A DNA stretch of 64,000 nucleotides from Blastocatellia bacterium. Its GTDB lineage: Bacteria; Acidobacteriota; Blastocatellia; UBA7656. The stretch is taken from positions 213,695 through 277,694 of the forward strand of contig CAVXWP010000006.1 of NCBI GenBank assembly GCA_963765495.1, read 5' to 3'. A program made the position numbers and the translations under genes. Within the stretch, counting starts at the first letter, position 1, and each line of letters begins with the position of its first letter. Below are positions 44,977-54,429 of this stretch, one piece after another. The notes under the pieces were generated by a model. The model was given only the letters and a program-made list of their open reading frames with translations. It searched no databases and was not told the DNA's origin.

Positions 44977-45183
44977 ATGAGCAAATATTTACGAACAAGC
45001 GATGCTGCCAAAATCCTGGGCATAACGCCAGAGTACGTGCGCCAGCTTGAGCGTACAGGTAAGTTGCCTGCGTTCAAAACTGTCGGCGGTTATAGGGTGT
45101 TTGACATTGAGGAAGTAAAAACTTTTGCAGCCGAGCGCGAAAAGCAAAAACAAACCAGATTGCAGGGAGGCAGTCATGAGTGA
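44977..45183 (+). CDS. MerR/excisionase-like HTH DNA-binding protein
   Basis: YLRTSDAAKILGIT...GKLPAFKTVGGYRVF; AGGAGG RBS. Confidence 0.82.
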   Translation: MSKYLRTSDAAKILGITPEYVRQLERTGKLPAFKTVGGYRVFDIEEVKTFAAEREKQKQTRLQGGSHE

Positions 45184-45373
45184 CGACTTTGATAAGATTC
45201 TATTAAGACCGAAGAAAGCGTTTGAATTACTCGACATCTCACGCTCGACCGGGTACGCACTTATTGCCTCTGGCAAATTACCATCTGTGCGTATCGGCCG
45301 GGCTGTCCGCGTGCCGGTTGGTGCTCTTAAGCAATGGGTCGAGCGACAAACAAACAAGGAAGACAAAGAATGA
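45176..45373 (+). CDS. Excisionase-family HTH protein
   Basis: LDISRSTGYALIASGKLPSVRIGRAVRVP; GGAGG RBS. Confidence 0.82.
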   Translation: MSDDFDKILLRPKKAFELLDISRSTGYALIASGKLPSVRIGRAVRVPVGALKQWVERQTNKEDKE

Positions 45374-48192
45374 GCCTCTTTGAGTCTATTCGTGAACAAG
45401 TCAACCTCTCTGATGTTGCCGAGCGCTTCACAAAATTGAAGAGAGTCGGTTCTCGCTTGCTTGGTTGTTGTCCACTACCCAATCACAAAGACTCAAGCCC
45501 TTCCTTTAACATCTATCCTGATGACCGATGGTACTGTTTTGGCTGTAGAGAAAACGGCGATGTCATTGACCTGTGGGCATGGGTGAAAGGCTTACAGCAG
45601 GGCATTGAAGCGGCGCTTGACCTTGCCCGCGAGTATAACATTCACCTACCAGCCCGCGATCCAGAAGCTCAGGAGAAGGCCGAGAAGAAAAGACAGAAAG
45701 AGGCTGATTATGCCCGACAAGCGGAGGCTTGCCATAAGGCCCTATTATCTCAGCCGAATGTTGCGGAATGGTGGCAACGGCGCGGGTTTAATGAAGAACT
45801 GAGAGAGCAATTCTTGCTTGGCACTAACCGCGATGGTTCGGCCGCCGTGATCCCATTTTGGCATCAGGGCCGTATTCAGGGCTTGGTCCGTCGTCAGCTT
45901 CAAAGCGAGCCAAAATACCTATTGCCCAATAAAGAGGACTTTCCTTTAGGATATAAACCTCTCTTCATTCCAGGCTCAACCTTTGGCGACCTCCATCTGG
46001 TCGAAGGCTACATTGATGTCCTGGCACTTGCTGCGCTAGACCTCAATGCAATTACACTCGGTGGCACGGGCATAAGCTCACAGCAAAAGACAGAAATCAC
46101 AAAACTCAAAGGCACACTCTTCATCTTTCCTGATGCTGATGAGGAAGGGGCTAAAGCAGCAAGGGAGTGGGTGAGAGAGTTTTATCCGAAAGCAAAATTA
46201 TGTGCCGCTAAGTACGGCAAAGGCCGCAAAGATGTCGCCGACCTTTTTGCTGCTGAAGGCATGAAGGCAAAAGCCAAATTAGAAAAACTGAAGGCACAGG
46301 CTGTTGATGCTCTTGATCTGGCTCTGTCAGAAGCACCTGCTGGTTCTACACGCGACCGCTACAACTTTGCAAAAGAGCACATCCTACCATTACTGCTGAA
46401 ACTGGACGATGAAGGCGAGAGATACGCAGCCTTGGACGATGTAGCCAATCAATTAGAATTGAAAATTGATCTGAAACGCTCGCTCAAATCCGAGCTAAAG
46501 ACTCAAGCCAAATTCGAGCCGGAAAGCGACAATGAAAATGAGCCATCGAATATCCCTTTGCTCGATTCTGAGCGATACGAGCGCGCGATACAATTATTGA
46601 ATGAACCGAATTTGTTAGAACGCGCAGCGTCGGATATGGAGAGGTTAGGTCATGTGGGAGAGCAAAAGAATAAAAAGCTCGCTTTGATCTGTGCATTGTC
46701 GGCTCGCGCTGGTCGCGCCATCCAACCCGCAACTCATGCCCCTAGTTCTGCTGGCAAGAATGCCCTGTGGGATTCGGTTCTTTCCTTGATGCCACCTGAA
46801 AACATTGTCACTCGTTCGGCTCTATCATCAAAGGCACTCTTTAGAACTCAGGCAAATCTTAAGGGCGGCATCCTATATATTCAAGAGATTGCGGGATCAG
46901 AAGACGCCGACTATTCCATTCGCATTCTACAATCGGGAGGCTGCCTTGAATACGAGGCAACAGAGAAAATGCCCGATGGGAGTATGCAGAATGTTGTCCA
47001 TAAAGTTGAAGGGCCGACCGTAATAGTCCAGACCACGACCAAAAATCACCTATACTCTGAGAATGCAACACGAGTCTTCCCGATTTATATTGATGAATCA
47101 GCGGAACAAACCGGGCGGATTATTAAGCAAATCCTTAAAGAGGCTAAGGGTGACGCAGTTGATAATACAGAGCGGGAAAGAATTCTACAGGTATGGCGCG
47201 ATGCCATTCGCTTGCTTGAGCCTGCCGAAGTAAGCGTTCCTTACGCTGAAGAGATAGTAATGCCTAACACAGCGGTTCGCATTCGCCGCGATGCACGCCG
47301 ATTGATTGATCTCGTTTGTGTCATTGCCTGGTTGCATCAACATCAAAGAATGCGGGACTCACGCGAGCGCATCCTAGCGACGGAATCGGATTTTCACCTA
47401 GCTTTAGAACTGGTAACTGAATCACTCTCGCGGGCCTGGCAAGTTCTTACGCCTGCCGAACAAAAGGTACTGAATGCTATCTATAAACTATCAGAGGACA
47501 AGCAGACAAATGGGTTCAAGCGCCGCGATTTGAAATTGTCGGGAGTGTCTGATCGAAGATTGAAAGAGATTCTAAATTCCCTAACCGAAAATGGCTACCT
47601 CGATTCTGACGGGCGTAAGGGGCCACAGGGTTATACCTACACGGTCGCAAGAACTTTCGAGGAAATGAGTCTGGGTATATATCTGATCGCCCAATCGCCC
47701 GATAGTAGCCAAGCTGATGAAAACAAAGAAAATATATCGGGCGGAAGCACATCGCCCGATAGCGCCCAATCGCCCGATAATGAAGCTGCCGAGCTATCGG
47801 GCGGAAACGGGCGGAATGGCCATCGCCCGATAAACCACCTTGATTTAGAACAATTAACACCTATCGGGCGAACGGGCGAGGTGGATGATAGGAAGGATGC
47901 TTTGACATTGGATACCGAAACGCACTCGCAGGCAGTAGCAAGCGTCCCTTTTATGATTACACACGAAATGAGGCAGGCACTTGCTGATCTCAATTACAAC
48001 AGGAAAGACATAGACCTAATGAAGCCAGAACAGGCATGGGAGATTATTAACTCAAACCAATTGAATAAATATGCAAGTAGGCAAGCCCAGACTAAACCTC
48101 TGGAAAATGGAATCTGTCCAACCTGCGGAAGCAAAGGAATTCTGTTTGCCGACTGTGTAGAATGTGGCGATTTTATACGGACTCGACAATGA
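45370..48192 (+). CDS. Primase-ATPase fusion (CHC2 Zn finger + TOPRIM + P-loop domain)
   Basis: CPLPNH..SPSF..WYCFGC, VEGYID, DAD, APSSAGKN; ATGA overlap with upstream gene. Confidence 0.85.
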   Translation: MSLFESIREQVNLSDVAERFTKLKRVGSRLLGCCPLPNHKDSSPSFNIYPDDRWYCFGCRENGDVIDLWAWVKGLQQGIEAALDLAREYNIHLPARDPEAQEKAEKKRQKEADYARQAEACHKALLSQPNVAEWWQRRGFNEELREQFLLGTNRDGSAAVIPFWHQGRIQGLVRRQLQSEPKYLLPNKEDFPLGYKPLFIPGSTFGDLHLVEGYIDVLALAALDLNAITLGGTGISSQQKTEITKLKGTLFIFPDADEEGAKAAREWVREFYPKAKLCAAKYGKGRKDVADLFAAEGMKAKAKLEKLKAQAVDALDLALSEAPAGSTRDRYNFAKEHILPLLLKLDDEGERYAALDDVANQLELKIDLKRSLKSELKTQAKFEPESDNENEPSNIPLLDSERYERAIQLLNEPNLLERAASDMERLGHVGEQKNKKLALICALSARAGRAIQPATHAPSSAGKNALWDSVLSLMPPENIVTRSALSSKALFRTQANLKGGILYIQEIAGSEDADYSIRILQSGGCLEYEATEKMPDGSMQNVVHKVEGPTVIVQTTTKNHLYSENATRVFPIYIDESAEQTGRIIKQILKEAKGDAVDNTERERILQVWRDAIRLLEPAEVSVPYAEEIVMPNTAVRIRRDARRLIDLVCVIAWLHQHQRMRDSRERILATESDFHLALELVTESLSRAWQVLTPAEQKVLNAIYKLSEDKQTNGFKRRDLKLSGVSDRRLKEILNSLTENGYLDSDGRKGPQGYTYTVARTFEEMSLGIYLIAQSPDSSQADENKENISGGSTSPDSAQSPDNEAAELSGGNGRNGHRPINHLDLEQLTPIGRTGEVDDRKDALTLDTETHSQAVASVPFMITHEMRQALADLNYNRKDIDLMKPEQAWEIINSNQLNKYASRQAQTKPLENGICPTCGSKGILFADCVECGDFIRTRQ
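47686..47879. repeat. Iteron-like cluster (putative replication origin) within primase gene
   Basis: ATCGCCCGATA at 47694, 47751, 47769, 47822; inverted TATCGGGCG at 47735, 47795, 47862. Confidence 0.7.
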
Positions 48193-48436
48193 AACGAGGA
48201 AATTTCAATCAATTTAGCCCCGTCTGATGGATGCTTAACGAGAAGTTTCCATCAGGTGAAGCGTAGAACGAGCGCGGCGGGCATTGGCTCGGCCAAATAC
48301 AGCCGGGCCTTTTTACTATCGCAGTTGGTGTAGTACAATGCCGCTATTAATTCAGCAAGCGATCAGAGAATCGCGGCTCTATCGTTCAATATCTCGCCAC
48401 GAAAAAAAGATACTAGCCTGTGCAAAGGGCTTCTCT

Positions 48437-48781
48437 ATGCATCGCAAAAAAAAATCTAAAGAAATATCACCCAAGATTGAGCCAATTAGAGGCTCGCTGA
48501 TGGCTCAGTATAAACGTTGCGGGCGTGTTAATTGCCGCTGCGCTAAGGGCTTCAAGCACGGGCCATTTTTCTACCACGTCTGGTACGTCAAAGGAATACG
48601 GTACAAGGCTTATGTGAAAAAGACAGATTTGGACCGAATTAAGGTTGGTATCGAAGCGTTTCGTACTGAGAGACGCAAACAGCAGCAATCTGCCGCAAAC
48701 TTACTAACTCTGCTGCGAGAGATGAGAGAGGAAAGCCGCAGAGTTAATGCAATTCTTCGATTGAGGGGGTTCAAAATATGA
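48437..48781 (+). CDS. DUF6788-like small basic Zn-binding protein
   Basis: RGSL...RCGRVNCRCAKGFKHGP. Confidence 0.65.
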   Translation: MHRKKKSKEISPKIEPIRGSLMAQYKRCGRVNCRCAKGFKHGPFFYHVWYVKGIRYKAYVKKTDLDRIKVGIEAFRTERRKQQQSAANLLTLLREMREESRRVNAILRLRGFKI

Positions 48782-49797
48782 AAGATGCAACGAAACAATT
48801 ACCGAATGTGCAGGAGGGTAAGCCTATCCAAATTCACAAGAAATCGCTCATCGGCCGGTGGGCTTCTGAGAGATGGTCTGTACTGCGCGAACTTTGGCGA
48901 GACCACATCAGCATGGTCGATTTTTACATGTCACCAAAGGGCGGCAGCCTTAGTATGGAAGATGCTCAACGAATCACTTCCGGTGAATACGTGTTCTCAA
49001 GTGATCGCACGGAAGATGGGAAGTGGATGCTGGTTCCCAAGAGCGGCACAAAGGAAGAAAAAGTTGATGCCGAGTTAGCACACAATCTGTCGTGGGATGT
49101 TGATAATCTATCCTTTTATGCACTGGATCATCTATTCAGGGCTAATTCTGACCTTGCAGAGCAGGTATGGGATGAAGTCAAAGAAGCGGCGGCGCAGGAT
49201 TTCCTTTCGGGCCATTTCGCCGCAGAACTGTTTGAGCGAACCGAGTGGCAGAAGAATGTCTGGAAGCGGGCGCATTTCGTGGCGGTCTTTCAGATGATGA
49301 TAGAGTCATACAAGCCGCGAGATGCAATCGAGCATCAGATGGTTGAGATGGCGGCGGTAGAGTATTTCCTATGGAGGCATTGGACTCAGGAGCATTTGCA
49401 GAGAGCGACAACTGAGCCGAGACGCGAGAATTATGATTACAAGGAGTGGCGGGAAAAGCAGAAAGAAATCTGGTGTAGGCAGAGCGGACAGAAAAGGCCG
49501 ATACAGGGACAATGGATAGCGGGAGCTTGGGAGTTGCCGTATCAGAGAGAGGCGGAGGCTGTGGAGAAAGCGGCAGAGTTAGCCGATAGGTTTAGGCGGG
49601 CTTATCATGCGTCCATACGCGCGCTGAGAGATTGGCGGCGTTATCCTGTGATCGTTCAGAATGCCAGACAGGTGAACATCGCGGCCGATGGCGGGCAGCA
49701 GGTGAACCTTCAGAAGAAAACCAAGAGGCGCGCAAAGAGTAAGAAGAAGGGCGAGACGGCATCTCCTAACTCGCGGCGGTTGAGGGTGGCGAAATGA
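48778..49797 (+). CDS. Hypothetical protein
   Basis: 339-aa ORF, ATGA overlap; PRDAIEHQMVE and VNIA..GQQVN segments. Confidence 0.7.
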   Translation: MKDATKQLPNVQEGKPIQIHKKSLIGRWASERWSVLRELWRDHISMVDFYMSPKGGSLSMEDAQRITSGEYVFSSDRTEDGKWMLVPKSGTKEEKVDAELAHNLSWDVDNLSFYALDHLFRANSDLAEQVWDEVKEAAAQDFLSGHFAAELFERTEWQKNVWKRAHFVAVFQMMIESYKPRDAIEHQMVEMAAVEYFLWRHWTQEHLQRATTEPRRENYDYKEWREKQKEIWCRQSGQKRPIQGQWIAGAWELPYQREAEAVEKAAELADRFRRAYHASIRALRDWRRYPVIVQNARQVNIAADGGQQVNLQKKTKRRAKSKKKGETASPNSRRLRVAK

Positions 49798-49875
49798 AGA
49801 TGACAACCTACGGCCCATTATAAGCGGTTGTGGCAACTTGAATCTGTCTTCATTCCGCCTCTGGTTTTTGCAATT

Positions 49876-50829
49876 CTATAGCTCAAGCGGGGAGCGAACT
49901 CCTTTACCTCCCCTGTTCAGTACATGCGTGTAGATCATTGTCGTGCTCACATCCTTATGCCCAAGAAGCTCCTGTACCGTCCGTATGTCATAGCCCACTT
50001 CGAGCAGGTGCGTTGCAAAACTATGGCGGAATGTATGGCAACTCGCCTGCTTATGAATGCCTGCCGCTCGAATCGCTGTTTTGACGGCCCTTTGCAGGCC
50101 AGTCTCAGCATAGTGATGCCGCTGTATCCTCCCTGTCCGAGGGTCAAGACTTCGCCTGTTTGCTGGAAATACATACTGCCAAGCCCATTCCCGATCAGCA
50201 TTTGGGTACTTCCTCGCTAGTGCATAGGGCAGATATACCTGCCCGTAGCCTTCGCGCAGGTCTTTCTCGTGCAATGCCTTAACGTGTGCCAAGTGTTGAC
50301 GAAGGGGCTCAAGGAGAGGAGCAGGCAGAAGGGTGAGTCTGTCTTTCATTCCTTTGCCATCACGCACGATGATCTGATTGTAACCAAAATCTATATCTTT
50401 GACTCGGAGTCGGAGACATTCCATCAAACGAAGTCCCGCACCGTAGAGCAAGCTAGCCATTAGGTGCCTCTCCCCTTTGAGATGGAGGAGGATGTTGCGT
50501 ACTTCTACTTTTGTGAAGACCACGGGCAGGCGAGCAGGCTTTTTTGCACGTTGAATATTGGAGAGCCAGCCAATTTGGATGTCGAGAACATCGTAGTAGA
50601 GAAAGAGCAAGGCGGAAGTTGCTTGATGTTGAGTGGCAGGTGCGACATTGCGGTCAACGGCGAGATGAGATAAAAAGGAGCTAACCTCAGCGGAGCCAAG
50701 GGAGGCAGGATGGCGTTTATGGTGGAAGAGGATGAATCGTTTGATCCAGTGGAGGTAGGCTTGCTCAGTGCGGATGGAGTAATTACGAGTGCGGAGAATG
50801 GATCGGACCTGATCAAGAAGTTTAGGCAT
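49876..50829 (-). CDS. intI: Integron integrase (tyrosine recombinase)
   Basis: [14 protein letters not shown], integron-specific insert [38 protein letters not shown]; start MPKLLDQVR. Confidence 0.97.
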   Translation of the reverse strand: MPKLLDQVRSILRTRNYSIRTEQAYLHWIKRFILFHHKRHPASLGSAEVSSFLSHLAVDRNVAPATQHQATSALLFLYYDVLDIQIGWLSNIQRAKKPARLPVVFTKVEVRNILLHLKGERHLMASLLYGAGLRLMECLRLRVKDIDFGYNQIIVRDGKGMKDRLTLLPAPLLEPLRQHLAHVKALHEKDLREGYGQVYLPYALARKYPNADREWAWQYVFPANRRSLDPRTGRIQRHHYAETGLQRAVKTAIRAAGIHKQASCHTFRHSFATHLLEVGYDIRTVQELLGHKDVSTTMIYTHVLNRGGKGVRSPLEL

Positions 50830-50974
50830 GGAGGGGGACCTCGGAAGAGAGTAAGTCAACCTGGGTGCGTATAATATATTTGCAGAGAGTGCGTGTAAGC
50901 AAGCCGGTATGATGGGAAATGTTGAAACAAAAAGGGGTAAGAATTCAGTAGCGGAATTATACGGCCAAAAGTGC

Positions 50975-51017
50975 GTAAAAGGTTGCGCACAATAGGCAGT
51001 ATACTTCAAAGTTAAGC
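50975..51017 (+). other. attI site (crossover G/TTAAGC at 51011)
   Basis: First GTTRRRY with no preceding attC arm; downstream sequence matches the starts of cassettes 2 and 12; left boundary approximate. Confidence 0.82.
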
Positions 51018-51359
51018 GCGCTGGAAGTTGGTCGATGGGAATGAATCACATTGGTCGTCAAGAACGCAGCCAATATTACCTGCCTACAAATTGTGCTGTT
51101 TGACTCTCACTGGCCCTCAGATTGCAACCAGCGATCACCTCTCTTCGTCTGTCGAGTCAGCCTCACACTCCGCCGCGCTTCTTTAATAGGATAGGTCAAA
51201 GCCTCGCTAAAAGGCAAAGTGGGCCAGCGCGGCTATTACGAAGGCAATTATCTGTGACATACTTGCGAATCAGAACGCGCCTAACTGGTCGATCAACCGG
51301 ACGCGCATACCACCTTCTGGATGGCATCGGGGGCCACAGCGCGCCGGTTATCTCCGGCG
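51012..51359 (+). other. Cassette 1, ORF-less, family A
   Basis: 348 bp; near-identical to 2 and 12. Confidence 0.8.
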
Positions 51360-51365
51360 TTAAGC
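51279..51365 (+). repeat. attC 1
   Basis: GCCTAAC...ATCAACCGGACGCGC...GCGCGCCGGTTAT...GTTAAGC. Confidence 0.92.
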
Positions 51366-51707
51366 GCGCTGGGAGTTGGTCGATGGGAATCAATCACATT
51401 GGCCGTCAAGAACGCAGCCAATATTACCTGCCTACAAATTGTGCTGTTTGACTCTCACTGGCCCTCAGATTGCAACCAGCGATCACCTTTCTTCGTCTGT
51501 CGAGTCAGCCTCACACTCCGCCGCGCTTCTTTAATAGGATAGGTCAAAGCCTCGCTAAAAGGCAAAGTGGGCCAGCGCGGCTATTACGAAGGCAATTATC
51601 TGTGACATACTTGCGAATCAGAACGCGCCTAACTGGTCGATCAACCGGACGCGCATACCACCTTCTGGATGGCATCGGGGGCCACAGCGCGCCGGTTATC
51701 TCCGTCG
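51360..51707 (+). other. Cassette 2, ORF-less, family A (tandem copy of 1)
   Basis: 348-bp direct repeat. Confidence 0.8.
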
Positions 51708-51713
51708 TTAGGC
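51627..51713 (+). repeat. attC 2
   Basis: GCCTAAC...GTTAGGC. Confidence 0.92.
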
Positions 51714-51970
51714 TCGCGGGAAAGAACCTGACCAACAGCAACGAATTGGATGCAAAGGTATTTCGGACAACAAGACCATGATGACGAAAAGGTCAAAACA
51801 CCAAGCAAGGAGTTAAGGTTGGGGCCGCGCCAATCGAGGCAGACTGATTTGCTCGAAATAAGCGCCGAGCGACGGCCAAAGACAAAGGCGGGCCTAACAG
51901 GTCGATCAACCGGACCCGCATGCCAACCTCTCGTTATCCCTTTGCCCACGGCGGGCCGGTTATCTCCGCG
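51708..51970 (+). other. Cassette 3, ORF-less, family C
   Basis: 263 bp; copy at 23. Confidence 0.78.
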
Positions 51971-51976
51971 TTAAGC
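51892..51976 (+). repeat. attC 3
   Basis: GCCTAAC...GTTAAGC. Confidence 0.92.
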
Positions 51977-52249
51977 GCACAGGGAAGCGATCCGTGATAA
52001 TGAGCTACACTGATCGTCAACCAAGCAATCAGACTACATGTCTACAAAGTGTACTGACACAATCACTGCGCCGCGCTACCCGATAAATTCCGGTTGAGTC
52101 GAAGCTATCTGTTGGCGCGGCTTGGCATTTCGACAGTGGTATCTTTACCGAACCTTCAAGGTGGAATGCGCCTAACTGGTCCATCAACCGGACCCGCATT
52201 CCAACCCTTCATTATCCCTGAGCCCACAGCGGGCCGGTTATCTCCGGCG
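51971..52249 (+). other. Cassette 4, ORF-less, family B
   Basis: 279 bp; copy at 11. Confidence 0.8.
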
Positions 52250-52255
52250 TTAGGC
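52170..52255 (+). repeat. attC 4
   Basis: GCCTAAC...GTTAGGC. Confidence 0.92.
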
Positions 52256-52301
52256 CCCCTCGGTGACCTCAAAAGCCATCGCATAGAAAATTCAGTTCAA
52301 A

Positions 52302-52330
52302 TTGCTTGTCTTCTGTTTTCAACGTAGAAT
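52302..52330 (+). promoter_or_regulatory. Cassette-internal sigma70-like promoter
   Basis: TTGCTT-N17-TAGAAT. Confidence 0.55.
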
Positions 52331-52390
52331 TTGGATTCATTTGTGCGTTGCTTGGCTGGCAGAATCAAATCAAGAGGAAATATTCTTATT

Positions 52391-53131
52391 ATGAAACCGA
52401 TAGATCAGCTAAAGATGATGATTAGGGCTTTGAAGAGTCAGCTAGGTAAAATTGATGGTCTTCAGAGTAAAGACGAAGATGTTCACAAGAGATTGCTTCT
52501 TGTTGCCTTCCTGGACGCCATTGCTGCAATTATTTATCCAAAAAAATCTAATCAGGCTCGTTTCGTTTCACTATTGAAAGAGTTTTCCGAATGGGAGGAT
52601 TCGCAACGCATCAGTTTGCCTCATTTAGGGCGATTTTTGAGAATGACTCCTGATCCAGCCTTCGAAAAGCTACGAGTTTACGTCTTTAATGAACTTGATT
52701 CTTGGCGAACATTGCATCCTATTCCAATTTCCAATGATCCAGAGATAAAGTTCATCCCTCAGTTCTGGCCCAATGAGAAGGATTACAGAGGAACAATAAA
52801 TGGCATTACCTTAGACTCATTCTTGCACTGCAATCTTTTCTATGCCCAGAGAAATACTCTAATACATGAGTTCCGATTACCCGGCTGGCCAGAGGAAGGG
52901 ACTGAATTAGATTATCCTTATTACTCTAATCTAACAATAGAGATAGCCTCCATAATCAATAATGATATTTACCAATTAATTTACCCTACAGCCTTCTTTA
53001 AAGCGTTGTGTGAAAAAGCAATCGAGAACTTCGAGCTATATATCGAAAGAAATAGACTCGAAGTACTTCTACTAAGGCGTTCCAATGCTTTTTATTGGAT
53101 CGAGGAGTTGAATCGAGGTCATTTCAGTTAG
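52391..53131 (+). CDS. Cassette 5: hypothetical protein, possible HEPN-like RNase
   Basis: Fills cassette; FYAQRNTLIHE Rx4H motif. Confidence 0.7.
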   Translation: MKPIDQLKMMIRALKSQLGKIDGLQSKDEDVHKRLLLVAFLDAIAAIIYPKKSNQARFVSLLKEFSEWEDSQRISLPHLGRFLRMTPDPAFEKLRVYVFNELDSWRTLHPIPISNDPEIKFIPQFWPNEKDYRGTINGITLDSFLHCNLFYAQRNTLIHEFRLPGWPEEGTELDYPYYSNLTIEIASIINNDIYQLIYPTAFFKALCEKAIENFELYIERNRLEVLLLRRSNAFYWIEELNRGHFS

Positions 53132-53156
53132 AAGGAGTTCAAACCCATAGGCGAGG

Positions 53157-53241
53157 GCCTAACTGCTCAATCAACCGGACCCGCATGCCATCTCCTCATT
53201 ATCCCTCCAATACCAGCGGGCCGGTTATCTCGGCGTTAGAC
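53157..53241 (+). repeat. attC 5
   Basis: GCCTAAC...GTTAGAC. Confidence 0.92.
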
Positions 53242-53260
53242 GCCCGCAGTGGAAAATAGT

Positions 53261-53809
53261 ATGAGTTTAGAAGAGATGCAAAAAACATTTTTTGAAGCAG
53301 CTATTCGCGGTCAGCTAGAAGAACTTCGCTCGCTTATTGCTACAGGAGTTGATCTTAATTGCCAAAATGAAAAAGGGTGTACGGCTTTGATGGGAGCATC
53401 CGCAGGACCATTCCCCCAAGCCGTCAGATTGTTGTTGGACTCTGGAGCAGACACAAAGATTAAGGACCGACAAGGAAGAACAGCACTTATCTGGGCTGTT
53501 AGAGGAGCGATTTACGAGTACAACGAGAGTGCAATTGCAGTGGTAGAAGCGTTGATTGCATCTAATGCCGATGTGAATGCCAGTAGCGATGATGGTGCAA
53601 GTGTGCTCATATATGCGGCATCACATAATCAGCCTGAGATAGTTCAACTACTAATTAAGGCAGGTGCTGATGGCGATGCCGTGAGCAATGGTGGATGGAG
53701 GGCCATAGACTATGCGAAGGAATATGGCTATAGTGATGTGGCAGAGGTACTGATGAAGGGAAAGAGGATAAGCGAAGGAAATCCGGTAGATGGGGGCAAC
53801 GGCGTCTAA
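53261..53809 (+). CDS. Cassette 6: ankyrin repeat protein
   Basis: GCTALMGA, GRTALIWA, LLIKAGAD; stop lies in attC GTCTAAC. Confidence 0.9.
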   Translation: MSLEEMQKTFFEAAIRGQLEELRSLIATGVDLNCQNEKGCTALMGASAGPFPQAVRLLLDSGADTKIKDRQGRTALIWAVRGAIYEYNESAIAVVEALIASNADVNASSDDGASVLIYAASHNQPEIVQLLIKAGADGDAVSNGGWRAIDYAKEYGYSDVAEVLMKGKRISEGNPVDGGNGV

Positions 53810-53888
53810 CAGTCGGTTCGACCGGACGCGCATACCAACTACTCGTGTTCCCTCGGCCATCGCGCGCCGGTCAACCGAGGCGTTAAGC
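53804..53888 (+). repeat. attC 6
   Basis: GTCTAAC...GTTAAGC. Confidence 0.92.
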
Positions 53889-54161
53889 GCGCAGGAAGTG
53901 GTCCGAGGCAATCAATCACACTAATCGTCAAAGATGCAGCAGAAGGTGTCGCCCTCAAGCTATCGCTGTTACAATCAGTCCGCCGCGCTATCCGATAGAT
54001 GCTGGATTTCTGGAAATGATGTATGTGCGCGGCTTGCTCGAAGAACGGATATGGCGAATTGAACCGACAAGTCGGAACGCGCCTAACAGGTCGATCAACC
54101 GGACGCGCTTCCCAACTGTTCAGTTAAAGCGGAGGCCACGGCGCGCCGGTTATCTCCGTCG
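53883..54161 (+). other. Cassette 7, ORF-less, family B (divergent)
   Basis: 279 bp; same motifs as 4 and 22. Confidence 0.78.
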
Positions 54162-54167
54162 TTAGGC
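54081..54167 (+). repeat. attC 7
   Basis: GCCTAAC...GTTAGGC. Confidence 0.92.
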
Positions 54168-54423
54168 TCGCGGGGAAATTTCCTGACCAACAGCAACGAC
54201 ACAGAGGCGGAAAAAAGAGTGAACAATGTCATAGTAACTAAACGACGCAGTCACAAAGCAGCGAGTCAAGATTGGGGCCGCGCCTCCCGATATGCCTTGA
54301 TTGAATTGCCCAGAAAGCCGAGCGCGGCCAACGACAAAGGCGCGCCTAACATGGGCATTCAACGGACCCGCATACCAGCTTCTCGTTATCCCTTCGGCCA
54401 CAGCGGGCCGCTGATCCCCGGCG
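54162..54423 (+). other. Cassette 8, ORF-less, family C
   Basis: 262 bp; copy at 16. Confidence 0.75.
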
Positions 54424-54429
54424 TTAGGC
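54344..54429 (+). repeat. attC 8
   Basis: GCCTAAC...GTTAGGC. Confidence 0.9.

Noticed and set aside
43728-49797. Complete prophage or conjugative element; retron or DGR partner for the non-coding cassettes
   Set aside because: No capsid, tail, terminase, relaxase, T4SS or reverse transcriptase gene is recognisable in the window.
50830-51009. 60-aa N-terminal extension of IntI
   Set aside because: It overlaps the attI/promoter region; the family N-terminus begins at MPKLLDQVR (50829).
50830-51010. LexA box and defined Pc/Pint promoters
   Set aside because: No recognisable SOS box. TATAAT occurs at 50870 (+) and 50956-61 (-), but neither has a good -35, so neither was called.
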